From: Ostreococcus lucimarinus
Taxonomy: Eukaryota
Assembly (NCBI GenBank): GCA_000092065.1
Contig: CP000582.1
Reading direction: 5' to 3' (one strand)
DNA length: 64,000 nucleotides
Made by a program: the position numbers and the translations under genes. Shown here piece by piece: positions 22,267 through 32,467 of the stretch. Below the pieces are notes generated by a model that was not told the DNA's origin, made no database searches, and saw only the letters and a list, made by a program, of their open reading frames with translations. Numbering within the stretch: position 1 is the first letter of the stretch; each line of letters starts with the position of its first letter.

Positions 22267-23082
22267 CGCGCGCCGCGCGCGCGCGCCGTTCCGCGCGCCG
22301 CGATGCGCCGCCGCGCGCGCGCGTACTTTGCGATCCACCGCCGCCGCGCGCGCTCGAACCTCGCGCCCGGTTTCGCCGCGCGCGCGTCGACCTCGCGCCG
22401 AGGTTCGTCGCGCGATCGCGCGCGCGATCGGAACCGAACCGACAAAAAATGGAGCGCCGACCCCCCACTCGCGACGAGTCCGGAACCAATAAATCGAAGG
22501 ATGCGATCGCGTCCCGCTCGCGCGTACTTTGCGCGCGCTGAACGCCAAGAGCGACGCCCGGGGTGCCGCGCGCGCGGCGCGACGATCCGGCGCCGATAGA
22601 CGCGTCGCGCGCGCGCGTCGACGCACACCGCGACGGTCGACGCGCGCGCTCGCGCTCGCGATCTTCGCGCGCACTTTTGTGCGTTCGTTTTCGCGCGTCG
22701 GAAGCGCGAGCACGCGGTCGCGCGGGCGCGACGCGCGCCGCGAACGCGCCGCGCGCCGCACCGCGCGCGCGGACCCTGGACGAGAATCGTCGTCGCGATC
22801 GCGGTCGCGCGTCGACGCGCGACGGACGCGGGCGTCGCGAGCGCGCGAGAGGCGCGCGTCGCGTATTCTCGCGTCGATCGCGCGCGCGGGCGCGCGCGAA
22901 CGGGCGCGCGTCGGCGATCGTCGGGGCGGAAGAGGCGATCGCGCGGATCGCGGCGGTTCGTCTTGGTGACGTTTTGGTGACCCGGCGCGCGGGACGCGGC
23001 GGCGGCGAGCGACGCGGTCGTCGAAGGCGACGATCGCGAAGGCGCGCGGACGGAGGAGGCGTGGAGACGCGGGCGGGCGACG

Positions 23083-25017
23083 ATGGAGACGATCGAGCGG
23101 GCGAGAGGGCGCGGAGACGCGAACGACGGGACGACGAGTAGGCGCGAGGCGCGCGGGGACGCGAACGAGCGAAGCGAGACGACGGCGAGCGAGGACGCGA
23201 TGGAGACGGGAGGGCGAGATGAGGACGCGAACGCGATGGGAAAGGATGACGGGAACGGTAAGGGGGTCGTGCATGGGATGTCGATATCGGCCGCGATCGC
23301 GGCGAGACCGACGATGGACGCGGAGTTGACGACGAAGGCTGTCGTGTCGCACGCGTTGGCGAAGAACGCGCACCTGCGAAAGGTTGCGGGCGAAAGCGCG
23401 GGCAAGGATCCGAAAAAAGGGAAACCAAAGAAAGAGAAACCGCCGAATCAGTCGCGAGAGAACCGGCGCGTGCGACAGTTTCGGAGCGCGTCGGAGATTT
23501 CGCAAGAGGAGCTTTCGAGTTGCTTTCATCTTCCATCCGAGGCTGCGTGCCGAAAGCTCGGCGTCGGTTTGACGGTTTTGAAGCGCCAGTGTCGCAAATA
23601 CGGCATCGCGCGTTGGCCGTTCCGCAAGATGAAATCGCTCGATCGCCTCATCACGAACGTGCAAGCTGGAATTTCGCCAGGCGATCAGAATAAACTTCTC
23701 GTCAAATCGGTGGAGGAGCTCGAAGATCAAAAACGCAGGATGGAGGAATGCGCGGTGTTGGATTTGGACGACACCACAAAGAAATTGCAGCAGGCGTATT
23801 CGAAGGCTAACCACAAGGCGCGAAGAAATCGAAGCGATGCGTCGCGGATTCGAGCCGTCGCCGCGGCGCAAGCCGTTCGCGAGCTTCAGGCGCGCGCTCG
23901 AGGCGGGTACGGAGAAGAACCGAACGGTGCGAGCGGCATGCTGTTGGACCTCGCGCACGAGCTCGCTATGGGATCAGAAAATGGAGATGACGACGACGAA
24001 GGCTCGTCGGACGATGGGTTCGACAACGAAGACGAAGATGTGACTACCGATGCGGACGCCGGCGCTTCGACGCCGGCGTCGCGAGGGGCGAAATCGGCGA
24101 GCGGCGCGACGACTCCGGATAGAATCACACCGACGAACAACAGCGATGGAACTCCGTTGCAAAGTGCACCGCAACTGCTGAGCAACACGCCGAGCGACGC
24201 CGGTGCGGCGATACCGAACATTGTGAAGGACGAAGGCGGCGACGGCGGCGCGCCGTCGTCCAACGTCATGGTGCAGAAAGGTTCGGCAAACGCCAATGAA
24301 TTCGTCAAGGTGGACAAGGTGCTAACCGCGGTGCGAGGCACGTGGTCTCCGGCGCGACCAGCGAGAAAAACTGATGACTTAGACGGTGCGGAGGCGTTTC
24401 TCAGTCCAGCGAGCAGGCGCAAAGGTGGTAAGTTGGGAGAGGCGTTGAGCGACGACGAATACGAAAAGATCACCATGTCGGTGCAAAAACGACGAGGTCG
24501 TCCTCCTGGACCATCCAAGCGCGGACGTAAGCGTAAGGGTGCCGAAGTTGAAGACGACCCACTCGCCTCGCTCGCCGCCGCCGCTTTGGATTCCATGGGC
24601 ACGACGAAGAAGACAGCCGTCGCCGCGACGCGCGGACGTCCGAAATCCGTGCCTGCTGCGGATAAAACGAGCAGACTCACCGCGTCTGGAAAGATTACCG
24701 CGGCGTCAAAGTACAGGATGGACGTCCCCGCGGTGACGGAAGATCACCCGGCGTACGGCTTGACGGCGGGCTTCACCGCCAAAGGCGCGAGAAGCGGCGT
24801 CGCGTCACGACTCAGTCAAGTCGAGCGCAGCGACCTCGAGCACTTGCTCCGCGAACGCCTGAAAAAAGGTAAGATGGCGCTGTGCGACGCGTTCGGTATC
24901 GCTCCCGCGGAATACGACCAACACTTCGACCCAAAGCTTCAAGCCACGTCGCTCACGAACGCCGTCGAGAAGCTCGCGGTGAAGAGCGCAGCCAAAATGC
25001 GCCGCCTCGAGGCGTGA
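23083..25017 (+). CDS. RWP-RK domain transcription factor
   Basis: RWP-RK core ...CFHLPSEAACRKLGVGLTVLKRQCRKYGIARWPFRKMKSL...; acidic N-terminus; KKGKPKKEK NLS-like; Ser/Thr/Pro-rich C-half. Confidence 0.75.
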   Translation: METIERARGRGDANDGTTSRREARGDANERSETTASEDAMETGGRDEDANAMGKDDGNGKGVVHGMSISAAIAARPTMDAELTTKAVVSHALAKNAHLRKVAGESAGKDPKKGKPKKEKPPNQSRENRRVRQFRSASEISQEELSSCFHLPSEAACRKLGVGLTVLKRQCRKYGIARWPFRKMKSLDRLITNVQAGISPGDQNKLLVKSVEELEDQKRRMEECAVLDLDDTTKKLQQAYSKANHKARRNRSDASRIRAVAAAQAVRELQARARGGYGEEPNGASGMLLDLAHELAMGSENGDDDDEGSSDDGFDNEDEDVTTDADAGASTPASRGAKSASGATTPDRITPTNNSDGTPLQSAPQLLSNTPSDAGAAIPNIVKDEGGDGGAPSSNVMVQKGSANANEFVKVDKVLTAVRGTWSPARPARKTDDLDGAEAFLSPASRRKGGKLGEALSDDEYEKITMSVQKRRGRPPGPSKRGRKRKGAEVEDDPLASLAAAALDSMGTTKKTAVAATRGRPKSVPAADKTSRLTASGKITAASKYRMDVPAVTEDHPAYGLTAGFTAKGARSGVASRLSQVERSDLEHLLRERLKKGKMALCDAFGIAPAEYDQHFDPKLQATSLTNAVEKLAVKSAAKMRRLEA

Positions 25018-25186
25018 TCTAGCTCCCCGTATTTCGACAATAATTGTAAGATATGCTCACGACCGAATCGTGCCCGTCTCGCGTCGCTCGCGTCTCGATT
25101 TCGTCGCGCCCGCCGAGTCGCGCTCGCGTTCTGGACCCTAAGCGTCGTCGCGCCCGCCACTCTCGAGCGCGCGCCGTCTTCGCACG

Positions 25187-26240
25187 ATGCCCTCCCTCAG
25201 CGCCCCAGGCACGATCTCAAAGATCAGCGTCACCCCGTCCGTGGTGTTGAACGTGTGCGACAGGTACGCGCGCGCGCGAACGCGCGGCGACGAAACGTCA
25301 CGACGTGACGAACCTAAAAATTGCGGCGAACGTGAAAACGACGCGAAAGCGACGTCGCGCGACGCGCGCGGACGCGATGACGCGCGCGAGAGCGATGTGA
25401 CTGACGGTCGTCGACGCTGCGCGAACGAACAGCTACGTGCGACGCGGTGAGGCGGTGGACAAGGTGATCGGCGCGGTGCTCGGGACGGCGACGACGACGG
25501 CGGACGGTCGCGTCGTCGTCGTCGCGCGCACGTCGTACGCGATTCCGTGCCACGATCGCGATGGGGAAATGTTCGTGGACGTTGAATTTCATAAGACCAT
25601 GCTCGGATTGCACGCGAGGGTGAACCCGGAGGAACGCGTGGTCGGGTGGTTTAGCGCGGGGAGCGTGACGCCGGAGGCGCGAGCGCTCGTGCACGAATTC
25701 TTCGCCAAGGAAGCGCTGAATGGGACGCCCGTGCACGTGATGTTAGATGCGGACTTCACCGGTGCTGGAAACGGCGGGGAGATGCTCAGCGCGAGCGTCG
25801 GGGACACGGTGCTGGCGACGACGGATCGGGAGAGCGGCGAGAGCCGATCGGCGGGCGTGTGGTTTAGCGAAATCGAGTGCGAGGTGGATCTTCAGCAAGC
25901 CACAAAGTTGGGCGTCGAATCGCTTCGATCCGCGAGCTCGGCGAAAGACGACGACGACGTCGCTGGGCTGGCGCAGACTATGGGTAAATTGGGTAAGCTG
26001 TTGACGGACGCGCAGGCGTACGTCGACGCGGTGGTGCGCGGCGAACGTCAGGGCGACGCCGAAGTCGGTCGCGCGCTCTCCGCCGCGCTCGCCGGTGTCC
26101 CGCAGCTCACGAAGGCGCAGTTCGACAAGGTGTTCGGAGACAGCGCCGAGGATGTGATGATGGTGCGGTACTTGACGAATTTGACGAGGACGCAGCTCAC
26201 GCTCGCGGAAAAATTGCACACCGCCGCGCTCATCGTCTAA
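25187..26240 (+). CDS. MPN-domain protein, eIF3 subunit f-like. Exon 1 25187..25263, intron 25264..25432, exon 2 25433..26240.
   Basis: Exon 1 ...VTPSVVLNVCD + AG|GTACGC donor. Exon 2 gives ...SYVRRGEAVDKVIGAVLGT, matching the eIF3f N-terminal MPN region ([20 protein letters not shown]). Branch GTGACTGACGG lies 27 nt before the AG. No JAMM metal motif, consistent with eIF3f/CSN6. Confidence 0.65.
25264..25432 (+). other. Spliceosomal intron (169 nt)
   Basis: GTACGC donor, ACTGAC branch, AACAG acceptor. Confidence 0.6.
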
Positions 26241-26446
26241 GCGTCGTACCAGTACACTAGTTTGTTAATACTCGAGCCAAGGAGAAAATCATTCGATTCG
26301 TTCCCGTCGCGCCCGCCGCGACGTCGTCTCGCGCGTTCCTTAACGTGTTTTCGCCGCGACGTCGTCTCGCGCGTCGCTCGTTATTTTACACTTCATTCTA
26401 CACGCGTCGCGCGTCGCCTCCCCGCTCCCCGCATCGCTCGGCCCCA

Positions 26447-27076
26447 TCACCTCCCCGGCGTGAACGTCTCTCGCAGCGCCTCCCCTCCCGAGATCGACCA
26501 CGTCTGTCTCTGCTCCACGATGAGCCCCGCGTCCGCGCTCCCGTCGTTCGGTCTCAACTTCCACGTGATGTGTCCCTCGTACGGCGGCACGCGCGGATTC
26601 CAAGGCAGTTTCAGGTATCCCTCCGCCCTGTAATCCCCCTCGATCGTCGTCGCGTCCACCAACCGCAAGTCTCCGATCAACCGCACGCTCGACCGTCGCT
26701 CGTCGAACAGCGCGCGCACCGCGCGCAGGTACCGCTCGAGCCCTCGCACGTCCGTCGTCGGATCGACGAACCGACAGTCGCGCGCGAAGATGGCCTCCGT
26801 GAGCTCGCCCGTGACGAAGTACTGCCGCGTCGCGACGTCCTCGCGCAGCGTCGCCATGGTTTCTTCCGCGCGTCTTCGCGCGTCGTCCGTCGTCGTCGCC
26901 GCGCGCGCGCGCGCGTCGTCGGCGTCGTCTCGCGCGCGCGTCGCGACGAGCGCGACGCCCGCGACCATGGCGCGGCGCGTCGGCGCGCGCGAGGGTCCGC
27001 GCGCGACGCGCGGCGTCGCCGCCGCGCGCGTCGGCGTCGCCATCGGCGCCATCTGACGACGCGCGCGTCGCGGCAT
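26447..27076 (-). CDS. DUF2358-like conserved plastid/cyanobacterial-type protein
   Basis: ...RDCRFVDPTTDVRGLERYL...YLKLPWNPRVPPYEGHITW... resembles the DUF2358 family; Ala/Arg/Thr-rich transit-like N-terminus from MPRRARRQMAPMATPTR. Confidence 0.5.
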   Translation of the reverse strand: MPRRARRQMAPMATPTRAAATPRVARGPSRAPTRRAMVAGVALVATRARDDADDARARAATTTDDARRRAEETMATLREDVATRQYFVTGELTEAIFARDCRFVDPTTDVRGLERYLRAVRALFDERRSSVRLIGDLRLVDATTIEGDYRAEGYLKLPWNPRVPPYEGHITWKLRPNDGSADAGLIVEQRQTWSISGGEALRETFTPGR

Positions 27077-27431
27077 GGCGACGCGCGACGGCGACGGCGA
27101 CGCGGCGACGACGTTCACGCCCGCGACGCTCCGCGCGCTCGTCGAGCGCTCGAACGGCGCGCTGTGCGCGTTCGCGTGCGACGGCGTCGTGTTCGACGCG
27201 ACGCTCGGGAAAGATTTCTACGGCGTCGGTGGACCGTACGCCGCGCTGAACGGACGCGACGCGACGCGGGCGCTGGCGACGATGAAGATCAACGTGTCGG
27301 ACGCGGACGAGGCGCTCGGCGCGCGCGGGCTGACGGAGGAGGAGTTGAAGACGCTGGGGGAGTGGCGCGCGAAGTTTGAGAGCAAGTATCCGCGGTTGGG
27401 GACGTTTGAGCGGCGAGGCGAAGGAAACTGA
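27075..27431 (+). CDS. Cytochrome b5-like heme/steroid-binding protein (MAPR/MSBP-like)
   Basis: FTPATLRALVERSNGALCAFACDGVVFDATLGKDFYGVGGPYAALNGRDATRALA matches the MAPR cyt-b5 fold motif (YGPGGPY...GRDASR). Confidence 0.7.
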   Translation: MATRDGDGDAATTFTPATLRALVERSNGALCAFACDGVVFDATLGKDFYGVGGPYAALNGRDATRALATMKINVSDADEALGARGLTEEELKTLGEWRAKFESKYPRLGTFERRGEGN

Positions 27432-27541
27432 GAGAGAAGCGCGCGGAGCGCGGCGTTTTAGCGAGCGGAGGTGTGTTGTAATTGAAAAAACAAATCAACC
27501 GTCGAAGGCGTCGAACGAGCGCGCGAGACGAGGCGACCGGG

Positions 27542-29128
27542 TCATTTGAGCAAGTCGCCGACGAAATCGAAGGCTTTGGTTTGCGAGAGGCGCGTCGCGT
27601 CCGTCGTCGGGGGGACGTCGCGGAGCGCCTCGAGCCCGGGACCGCGCATCGGTGCGGTCGGTGGGACGTACGAGGACGGCGGCGCGGACGCGAAGTCGGT
27701 CGTGAGACCGGCGAGCGGGTCGACGAACGCGGTCGGCGGCGCCGTCGGCGGCGACGCGACGGAGAGGTCGCCGAGCTGGGCGAGTAAATCCGTCGTCGCC
27801 GCGGGCGCCGCGCCGGGCGCCGCGCCGGGCGTCGCGCCGGACGTCGCGCCGCGTCGAAGTGCCTCCGCGCACGCTTTGGCCTTGTGCTTCAACTGCGCGT
27901 GCGTCGACGCGTCGTTCGCGACGGCGTCGAGCAAATCCATCGCCGACGAGTTCGCGAAGACATCGGCGAGCCAACGATGCGAACTCGTCGACGCGGCGCG
28001 TTCGAGGACGTTCACCGCGCGATAAGCGCCGCGCCAGCCTTCTTCGCCGCTAGCGTACGTCAGCAAACGCTCCGAAAGCGCGACGACGACGCCTTGAGCG
28101 TTCAATCTCGATCCCGTTCGCAAGAAATCTTCGACGTCGGCTTCCGCGGGCACCAATCTTACGCCGCTCGGCGTGCAAAGCTTATCTATCGCGCGCTTCT
28201 CCTCGGAGCCGTCTAAAACGAACGCCTCGCTCGTTCTCGACGTCATCGCGCTCGTCTGCGCCGTTGTCTCGGCTCGCGCCGGCGTCGCCGACGCGAAGTC
28301 CGAAAGCAAATCCCCCACGCCGCTCGTCGATGCCGCCGCCACTTTCTTCACCGGCGACGGCGGTCGAAGTGGTTTCCATTTCGCCTCACTCGCCTCGACG
28401 CGCAGCTTCGGCGTGGACTTGAGCGCGTCCCCCAACGGGGCGTCCAACGTTCCCGGCTTCGTCGTCCTCGGCGGCGTCGTTCGATACGCGTCCGCCGCGC
28501 CGCTCTCCACCGCCCGCGCGTCGCGTCCATCCCCGAACCCTTCCATCGCGCGCCCTCCCACCGTCCTCGTCCCCGCGTCGCTCCCCGCGTCGCGTTCGCT
28601 CCCGAAAATCGCCGCCATGCACTCCTTCGCCGCGTCTCGCACCGCCGCGCGCGGCGCGTCTCCCTTCGTCGGATGCGGCGCCCCCGTCGCCGTCTGCAGC
28701 GCCCGCACGCGGCTCGACAATTTCGCCATCTCCCTCGCGAACGTCGTCGAGCGCCGCTCGCCTCCCTCGCAGCACTTCGCGATCAGTCGCAGCGCCTTTC
28801 GCTGCACGTACGGCGACGCGTGCTCGGCGCGTCGCGTCAGGTGTTCGCACGCGTCCCGCGCGTCGTCTCCGGTCAGCGCCGACGCCATCTCCGCGAGCTG
28901 CGCCGTCGCGTACGCTGGGGTGTTCGCGAGCGCGTCTCGCGTCGCGTCAGTCGTCGAGATTCTTTGTCGTCGTCGGATGATTCGAGATTCGCGTCGTCGA
29001 GATTCGCGTCGATTTCGCGCGCGTCGCGTCGCGCGCGCACCCGGCGTCGGGTGCTCGTCGTCGATCAGCGCCTGGTCGAACCGCGCGCGGCGCACGCGGC
29101 GCTCGATGAACGCGCTCGCGCCGAACAT
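27542..29128 (-). CDS. ENTH/VHS-like domain protein (tepsin-like); start uncertain
   Basis: Helical N-region (...YVQRKALRLIAKCCEGGERRSTTFAREMAKL...) and a second VHS/ENTH-like region (...RWLADVFANSSAMDLLDAVANDASTHAQLKHKAKACAEAL). ATG at 29128 (MFGAS); alternative at about 28888 (MASALTGDD). Weak call. Confidence 0.4.
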   Translation of the reverse strand: MFGASAFIERRVRRARFDQALIDDEHPTPGARATRRARNRRESRRRESRIIRRRQRISTTDATRDALANTPAYATAQLAEMASALTGDDARDACEHLTRRAEHASPYVQRKALRLIAKCCEGGERRSTTFAREMAKLSSRVRALQTATGAPHPTKGDAPRAAVRDAAKECMAAIFGSERDAGSDAGTRTVGGRAMEGFGDGRDARAVESGAADAYRTTPPRTTKPGTLDAPLGDALKSTPKLRVEASEAKWKPLRPPSPVKKVAAASTSGVGDLLSDFASATPARAETTAQTSAMTSRTSEAFVLDGSEEKRAIDKLCTPSGVRLVPAEADVEDFLRTGSRLNAQGVVVALSERLLTYASGEEGWRGAYRAVNVLERAASTSSHRWLADVFANSSAMDLLDAVANDASTHAQLKHKAKACAEALRRGATSGATPGAAPGAAPAATTDLLAQLGDLSVASPPTAPPTAFVDPLAGLTTDFASAPPSSYVPPTAPMRGPGLEALRDVPPTTDATRLSQTKAFDFVGDLLK

Positions 29129-29197
29129 CGCGTCTAAAAGTGACGCGCGCGCGAGTTCGTTACTCCGCGACGTCGACTGCGCGTCGATTCGCGCGCG

Positions 29198-30292
29198 ATG
29201 GCGGCGTCGACGCGGCTCGGCGCGACGATGCGCGACGCGGACAACACCGCGGCGCGTCGCGCGGCGCTCCAAGCGGGCGCGCGCGCGCAACCGGAGTACG
29301 ATTCGTCGAATTTCTTCGCATCCGTGTTCGCGACATCCATCGACCGGCGCGGTGTGCGCGCGTTCGCCGCGCCGTTCGCCGTCGTCAACGCCGTGTCGAT
29401 CGCGTGGACGGTGATACACGAGCGCGCGGCGACGTCCGCGGCGCGCGCGGACCAAGGCGCGTTCGACGGGGCGTACGCGCTGACGTTTTCGGCGATGGGA
29501 TTTTTGTTGGTGTTTCGGCTGGCGCGCGCGGCGGTGCGATGGTACGACGGCAGAGCCGCGTTCGGGGGGATCGTCGCGGGCGTAAGAGCGTTCGTGGACG
29601 TGCCGCTGATGTACGGCGGCGATGACGACCGCGGGAGGGCCGCGGTGGACGACGGCGCGGCGTGGGCGTGCGCGTTCGCGAGCGCGAGCAAATGTCACCT
29701 GCGAGGCGCTCGCGAAATCGAACGCGACGAAGTGGCGGGAATTTTGTCCGACGAAGATCGCGTGGCGGTGTCGCGATCGAAGCACCCGCCGTTGTTTTGC
29801 TTGTCCATGTGTCGACGCGCGGTGAAACGGTGTTTTGAGGGTCGAGGACGCGACGCGGACGCGGCGGCGTTGCGATACGAGTTGAATAAGAGAGTGGATT
29901 TTTTGGCGTCGCAAGTGGGCGCGCTGGAGCGGTTGCGAGCGACGAAGATTCCGGAAATTTACGTCATTCATTTGCGCACGTTTTTATTCGCGTATTTGAT
30001 ATCTATGCCGTTCGTGTTCGTAGGTCGGTGGGGGTGGGGAACGATCGCCGCCGTCGCGTGCGTGTCGTTCGCGTTGCTCGGAATCGAAGGCGCGGCGACG
30101 GAGTGCGAGATTCCGTTTTCGGCGACGCACGCCAATCACTTGCGCATGGACCAGTACGTCATGGGGTGTTTCGATAACGTAGCGGCGATGTTGGAATGGC
30201 AGGACGAGCGCGTCAACGGCGAGCGCCGCGGCGAAGTCATTCGCGCGTCCGTAGACGTCGGCGTGGCCATCAAAGCAGATTCGCCGCGATGA
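29198..30292 (+). CDS. Bestrophin-like / UPF0187 anion-channel family protein
   Basis: ...TFSAMGFLLVFRLARAAVRWYDGRAAFGGIV... and ...FLFAYLISMPFVFVGRWGWGTIAAVACVSFALLGIEGAATECEIPFSATHANHLRMDQY... match the UPF0187 pattern. Divergent from the preceding gene by about 70 bp. Confidence 0.6.
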   Translation: MAASTRLGATMRDADNTAARRAALQAGARAQPEYDSSNFFASVFATSIDRRGVRAFAAPFAVVNAVSIAWTVIHERAATSAARADQGAFDGAYALTFSAMGFLLVFRLARAAVRWYDGRAAFGGIVAGVRAFVDVPLMYGGDDDRGRAAVDDGAAWACAFASASKCHLRGAREIERDEVAGILSDEDRVAVSRSKHPPLFCLSMCRRAVKRCFEGRGRDADAAALRYELNKRVDFLASQVGALERLRATKIPEIYVIHLRTFLFAYLISMPFVFVGRWGWGTIAAVACVSFALLGIEGAATECEIPFSATHANHLRMDQYVMGCFDNVAAMLEWQDERVNGERRGEVIRASVDVGVAIKADSPR

Positions 30293-30326
30293 GAAATTAG
30301 CGCATAGACGGCGCGACGCGCTGTAA

Positions 30327-31010
30327 TCATAACGTCGGTGCTAGCTCTCGAGCAACTCTCAAGTGCGCCTCGCGATAAAGCTCTCCGTGCTCTTTCCATA
30401 CCGGCAGGAATTCTCGCATGGAGATGTCGCCACCGTTCGCTCGATGAAACATGAGCGCGACTTCGACGCCGAGTCGCTTGTCGGCGTCTGGTATACAGAC
30501 TTCGTTCAGCGCCGTGGCGTAAGGATCTGAACCCGGAAATCCGTGAGCGCACGCGTACTTCAAACACTCCAAATGTCCATAATAGGCGGCACTCCAGCAC
30601 GTCAACTCGTCCCAAGGACACCCGTGCTCGTGCGCGTACTTCAAACACTCCAACTGTCCATACTTGGCGGCTCCCTCGCACGTCTTCTCGTCCCAAGGAC
30701 ACCCGTTCTTGCGCGCGTACTTCAAACATTCCAAATGTCCATTCACGGCGGCAGCGATGCACGTCGCCCAGTTCCAAGGACACCCGTTCTCGTGCGCGTA
30801 CTTCAAACACTCCAAATGTCCATAATAGGCGGCACCACGGCACGTCCACACGTCCCAATCGCACCCGTGCTCGCGCGCGTACTTCAAACACTCCAAATGT
30901 CCATTCTCGGCGGCATAAAAGCACGTATCGCAACCATTCTCGCAGTCATTCGTTCTTTTCTCGTCGTTCTTTTCGCGCCGTTCGCGTCGTTTTCTCGTCG
31001 TTCTTTGCAT
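30327..31010 (-). CDS. Ankyrin-repeat protein (5 x 33-aa GHLECLKYAxxxGCPWD repeats)
   Basis: Regular ANK repeats, encoded by 99-bp tandem DNA units. Confidence 0.75.
   Translation of the reverse strand: MQRTTRKRRERREKNDEKRTNDCENGCDTCFYAAENGHLECLKYAREHGCDWDVWTCRGAAYYGHLECLKYAHENGCPWNWATCIAAAVNGHLECLKYARKNGCPWDEKTCEGAAKYGQLECLKYAHEHGCPWDELTCWSAAYYGHLECLKYACAHGFPGSDPYATALNEVCIPDADKRLGVEVALMFHRANGGDISMREFLPVWKEHGELYREAHLRVARELAPTL
30540..30960. repeat. 99-bp coding tandem repeat (ankyrin units), about 4-5 copies
   Basis: Repeated tacttcaaacactccaaatgtccat... blocks. Confidence 0.8.
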
Positions 31011-31401
31011 CTCGTCGTTCTCGGAGGTGCCCAGATTTTTTCGACGCGGCGTCGCGCCGTCGTCCTCGTCCTTCGCCCGCGCCGACCGCGCGTCGCGGCG
31101 CGGCGCGCGCTCTCGCGTCGTCCTTTTCCCGTCGCGCGCGGTCGCTCGGAATCGTCGAGTCGCGCGTCGCGGAGTGACGCGCGCGTCTCGTCTCGGTCCG
31201 ACGCGACGCCGCGGCGATCGCGGCGGCGTCGAAGCGCGACGCTCTCAAACGCGCGCCCGCGTCGCGCGGGAGGTTTTCGGCGGGACGGCGTCGTTCAGAT
31301 CGTTCGCGAGATCGTCTGAAGGGCGCGCCCGCGCGGGACCGTGGATGACTAGATTACAACTCGCGACGCTCGGCACTCGGCGCTCGGCGCTCGGCGCGGC
31401 G

Positions 31402-32029
31402 CTACCGTCCCAGTCTCGTCCACGAATTCATACCCTTGACGATTTTGAGGTTCTCGTCCATCTTCTTCTTCGCCCCGCGCGCGGCGGCGCCGCTGCGAAT
31501 CAACGACTCGCGCTGCGCGGCGAGCGTCTCGAGCACGGACGCGCCGACGTCTTGCGTCTCCGCGAGGACGTCGGCGCACTCGGACAAGACGTCCGACGAC
31601 GCGTCGAGCCGGTCGGCGCCGCGCATCGCGTCGACGCGCCTCGCGCGCTCGCCCGCCGCCGCCGTGGGCGCCGAGCGCGCCTCCGACGAAGCGCGACGCT
31701 CGAAAAGTTCGTCGCGCGCGACGTCTTCGCTCGCGCTCGCGCTCGGCGCCGCGTTCGCGTTCGTCTCCGTCGCCGTCGACCCCACGCGCGCCAAACTCTC
31801 CGCCGCGCCCGCGAACCACGTCCCTCGCGCCGCGCCGTCGCTCTCCGCCTCACCATCGTCCCATCGCGTCGCGCCGACGCGCGTCGTCGTCACCCCGCTC
31901 ATTTTCTCTCGCTCGCGCTGTTCCCGCGTGAACCGCCTCGCGCCTCGCGTCCCGCTCGCGTCGTCCGCGACGCCCGCGTCGCCCGCGCCGCGCACCAATC
32001 CTCGCAGCGCGCGTCCCATCGTCTCCCAC

Positions 32030-32062
<33 letters not shown>

Positions 32063-32427
32063 CCTCGCGAGCGCGCGCTCGGCACCGCGCTCGTCGTGCG
32101 TTCGCCTCGCGCGTCGCGTCGCGCGTCCTCCTCGAGCGCGCGCGCGCGCGCCGTCGCCTCGCCGTGTCGCGTCAGCAGCGCCGCCCTCGCGCGCGCGCCG
32201 TCGGCGAACGCGCTCGACCGAGCGTCGAGGATCGCCGCGCGCAGCGCTCGCAGGTCGTCGTCGATCGCGCGCAGCGTCGCGACGACGTCGTCGAGCGGGA
32301 CATCATCGGCGTCGTTCGAATCGCCGGCGTCGTCGCGCGCGTCGCGATCGATCGCGCGGCGCACGAGCGCCTTGGCGACGCGCACGAGCTCGCGCTCGAC
32401 GTCGTCGAGTCGCGCGTCGAGCGTCAT
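31402..32427 (-). CDS. Qb-SNARE of the GOS28/membrin family; C-terminal TM not found
   Basis: SNARE motif DVLAETQDVGASVLETLAAQRESLIRSGAAARGAKKKMDENLKIVKGMNSW with Q at the zero layer, resembling the GOS28/GOSR2 motif. The ORF ends ...TRLGR without a hydrophobic anchor. Poly-Thr tract mid-protein. ATG at 32427 (MTLDARLDDVERELVR). Confidence 0.5.
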
Positions 32428-32467
32428 CCGCGCGCGTCGCGATGGCGACGGCACTCCGCGGACGGCG

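Noticed and set aside
21571-23536. Several 340-580-aa Arg/Ala/Ser-rich ORFs on both strands
   Set aside because: These are alternative frames through (GTC)n, (GCG)n low-complexity DNA upstream of the J-domain gene. They have no domain signatures and all overlap each other.
26345-27379. 344-aa plus ORF and the long N-terminal extensions of the ORFs at 5999..7933, 7124..8398, 8488..10038 and 14037..17174
   Set aside because: These are Arg-rich extensions upstream of sensible in-frame ATGs, or they overlap the neighbouring divergent gene. I trimmed them to the first plausible ATG.
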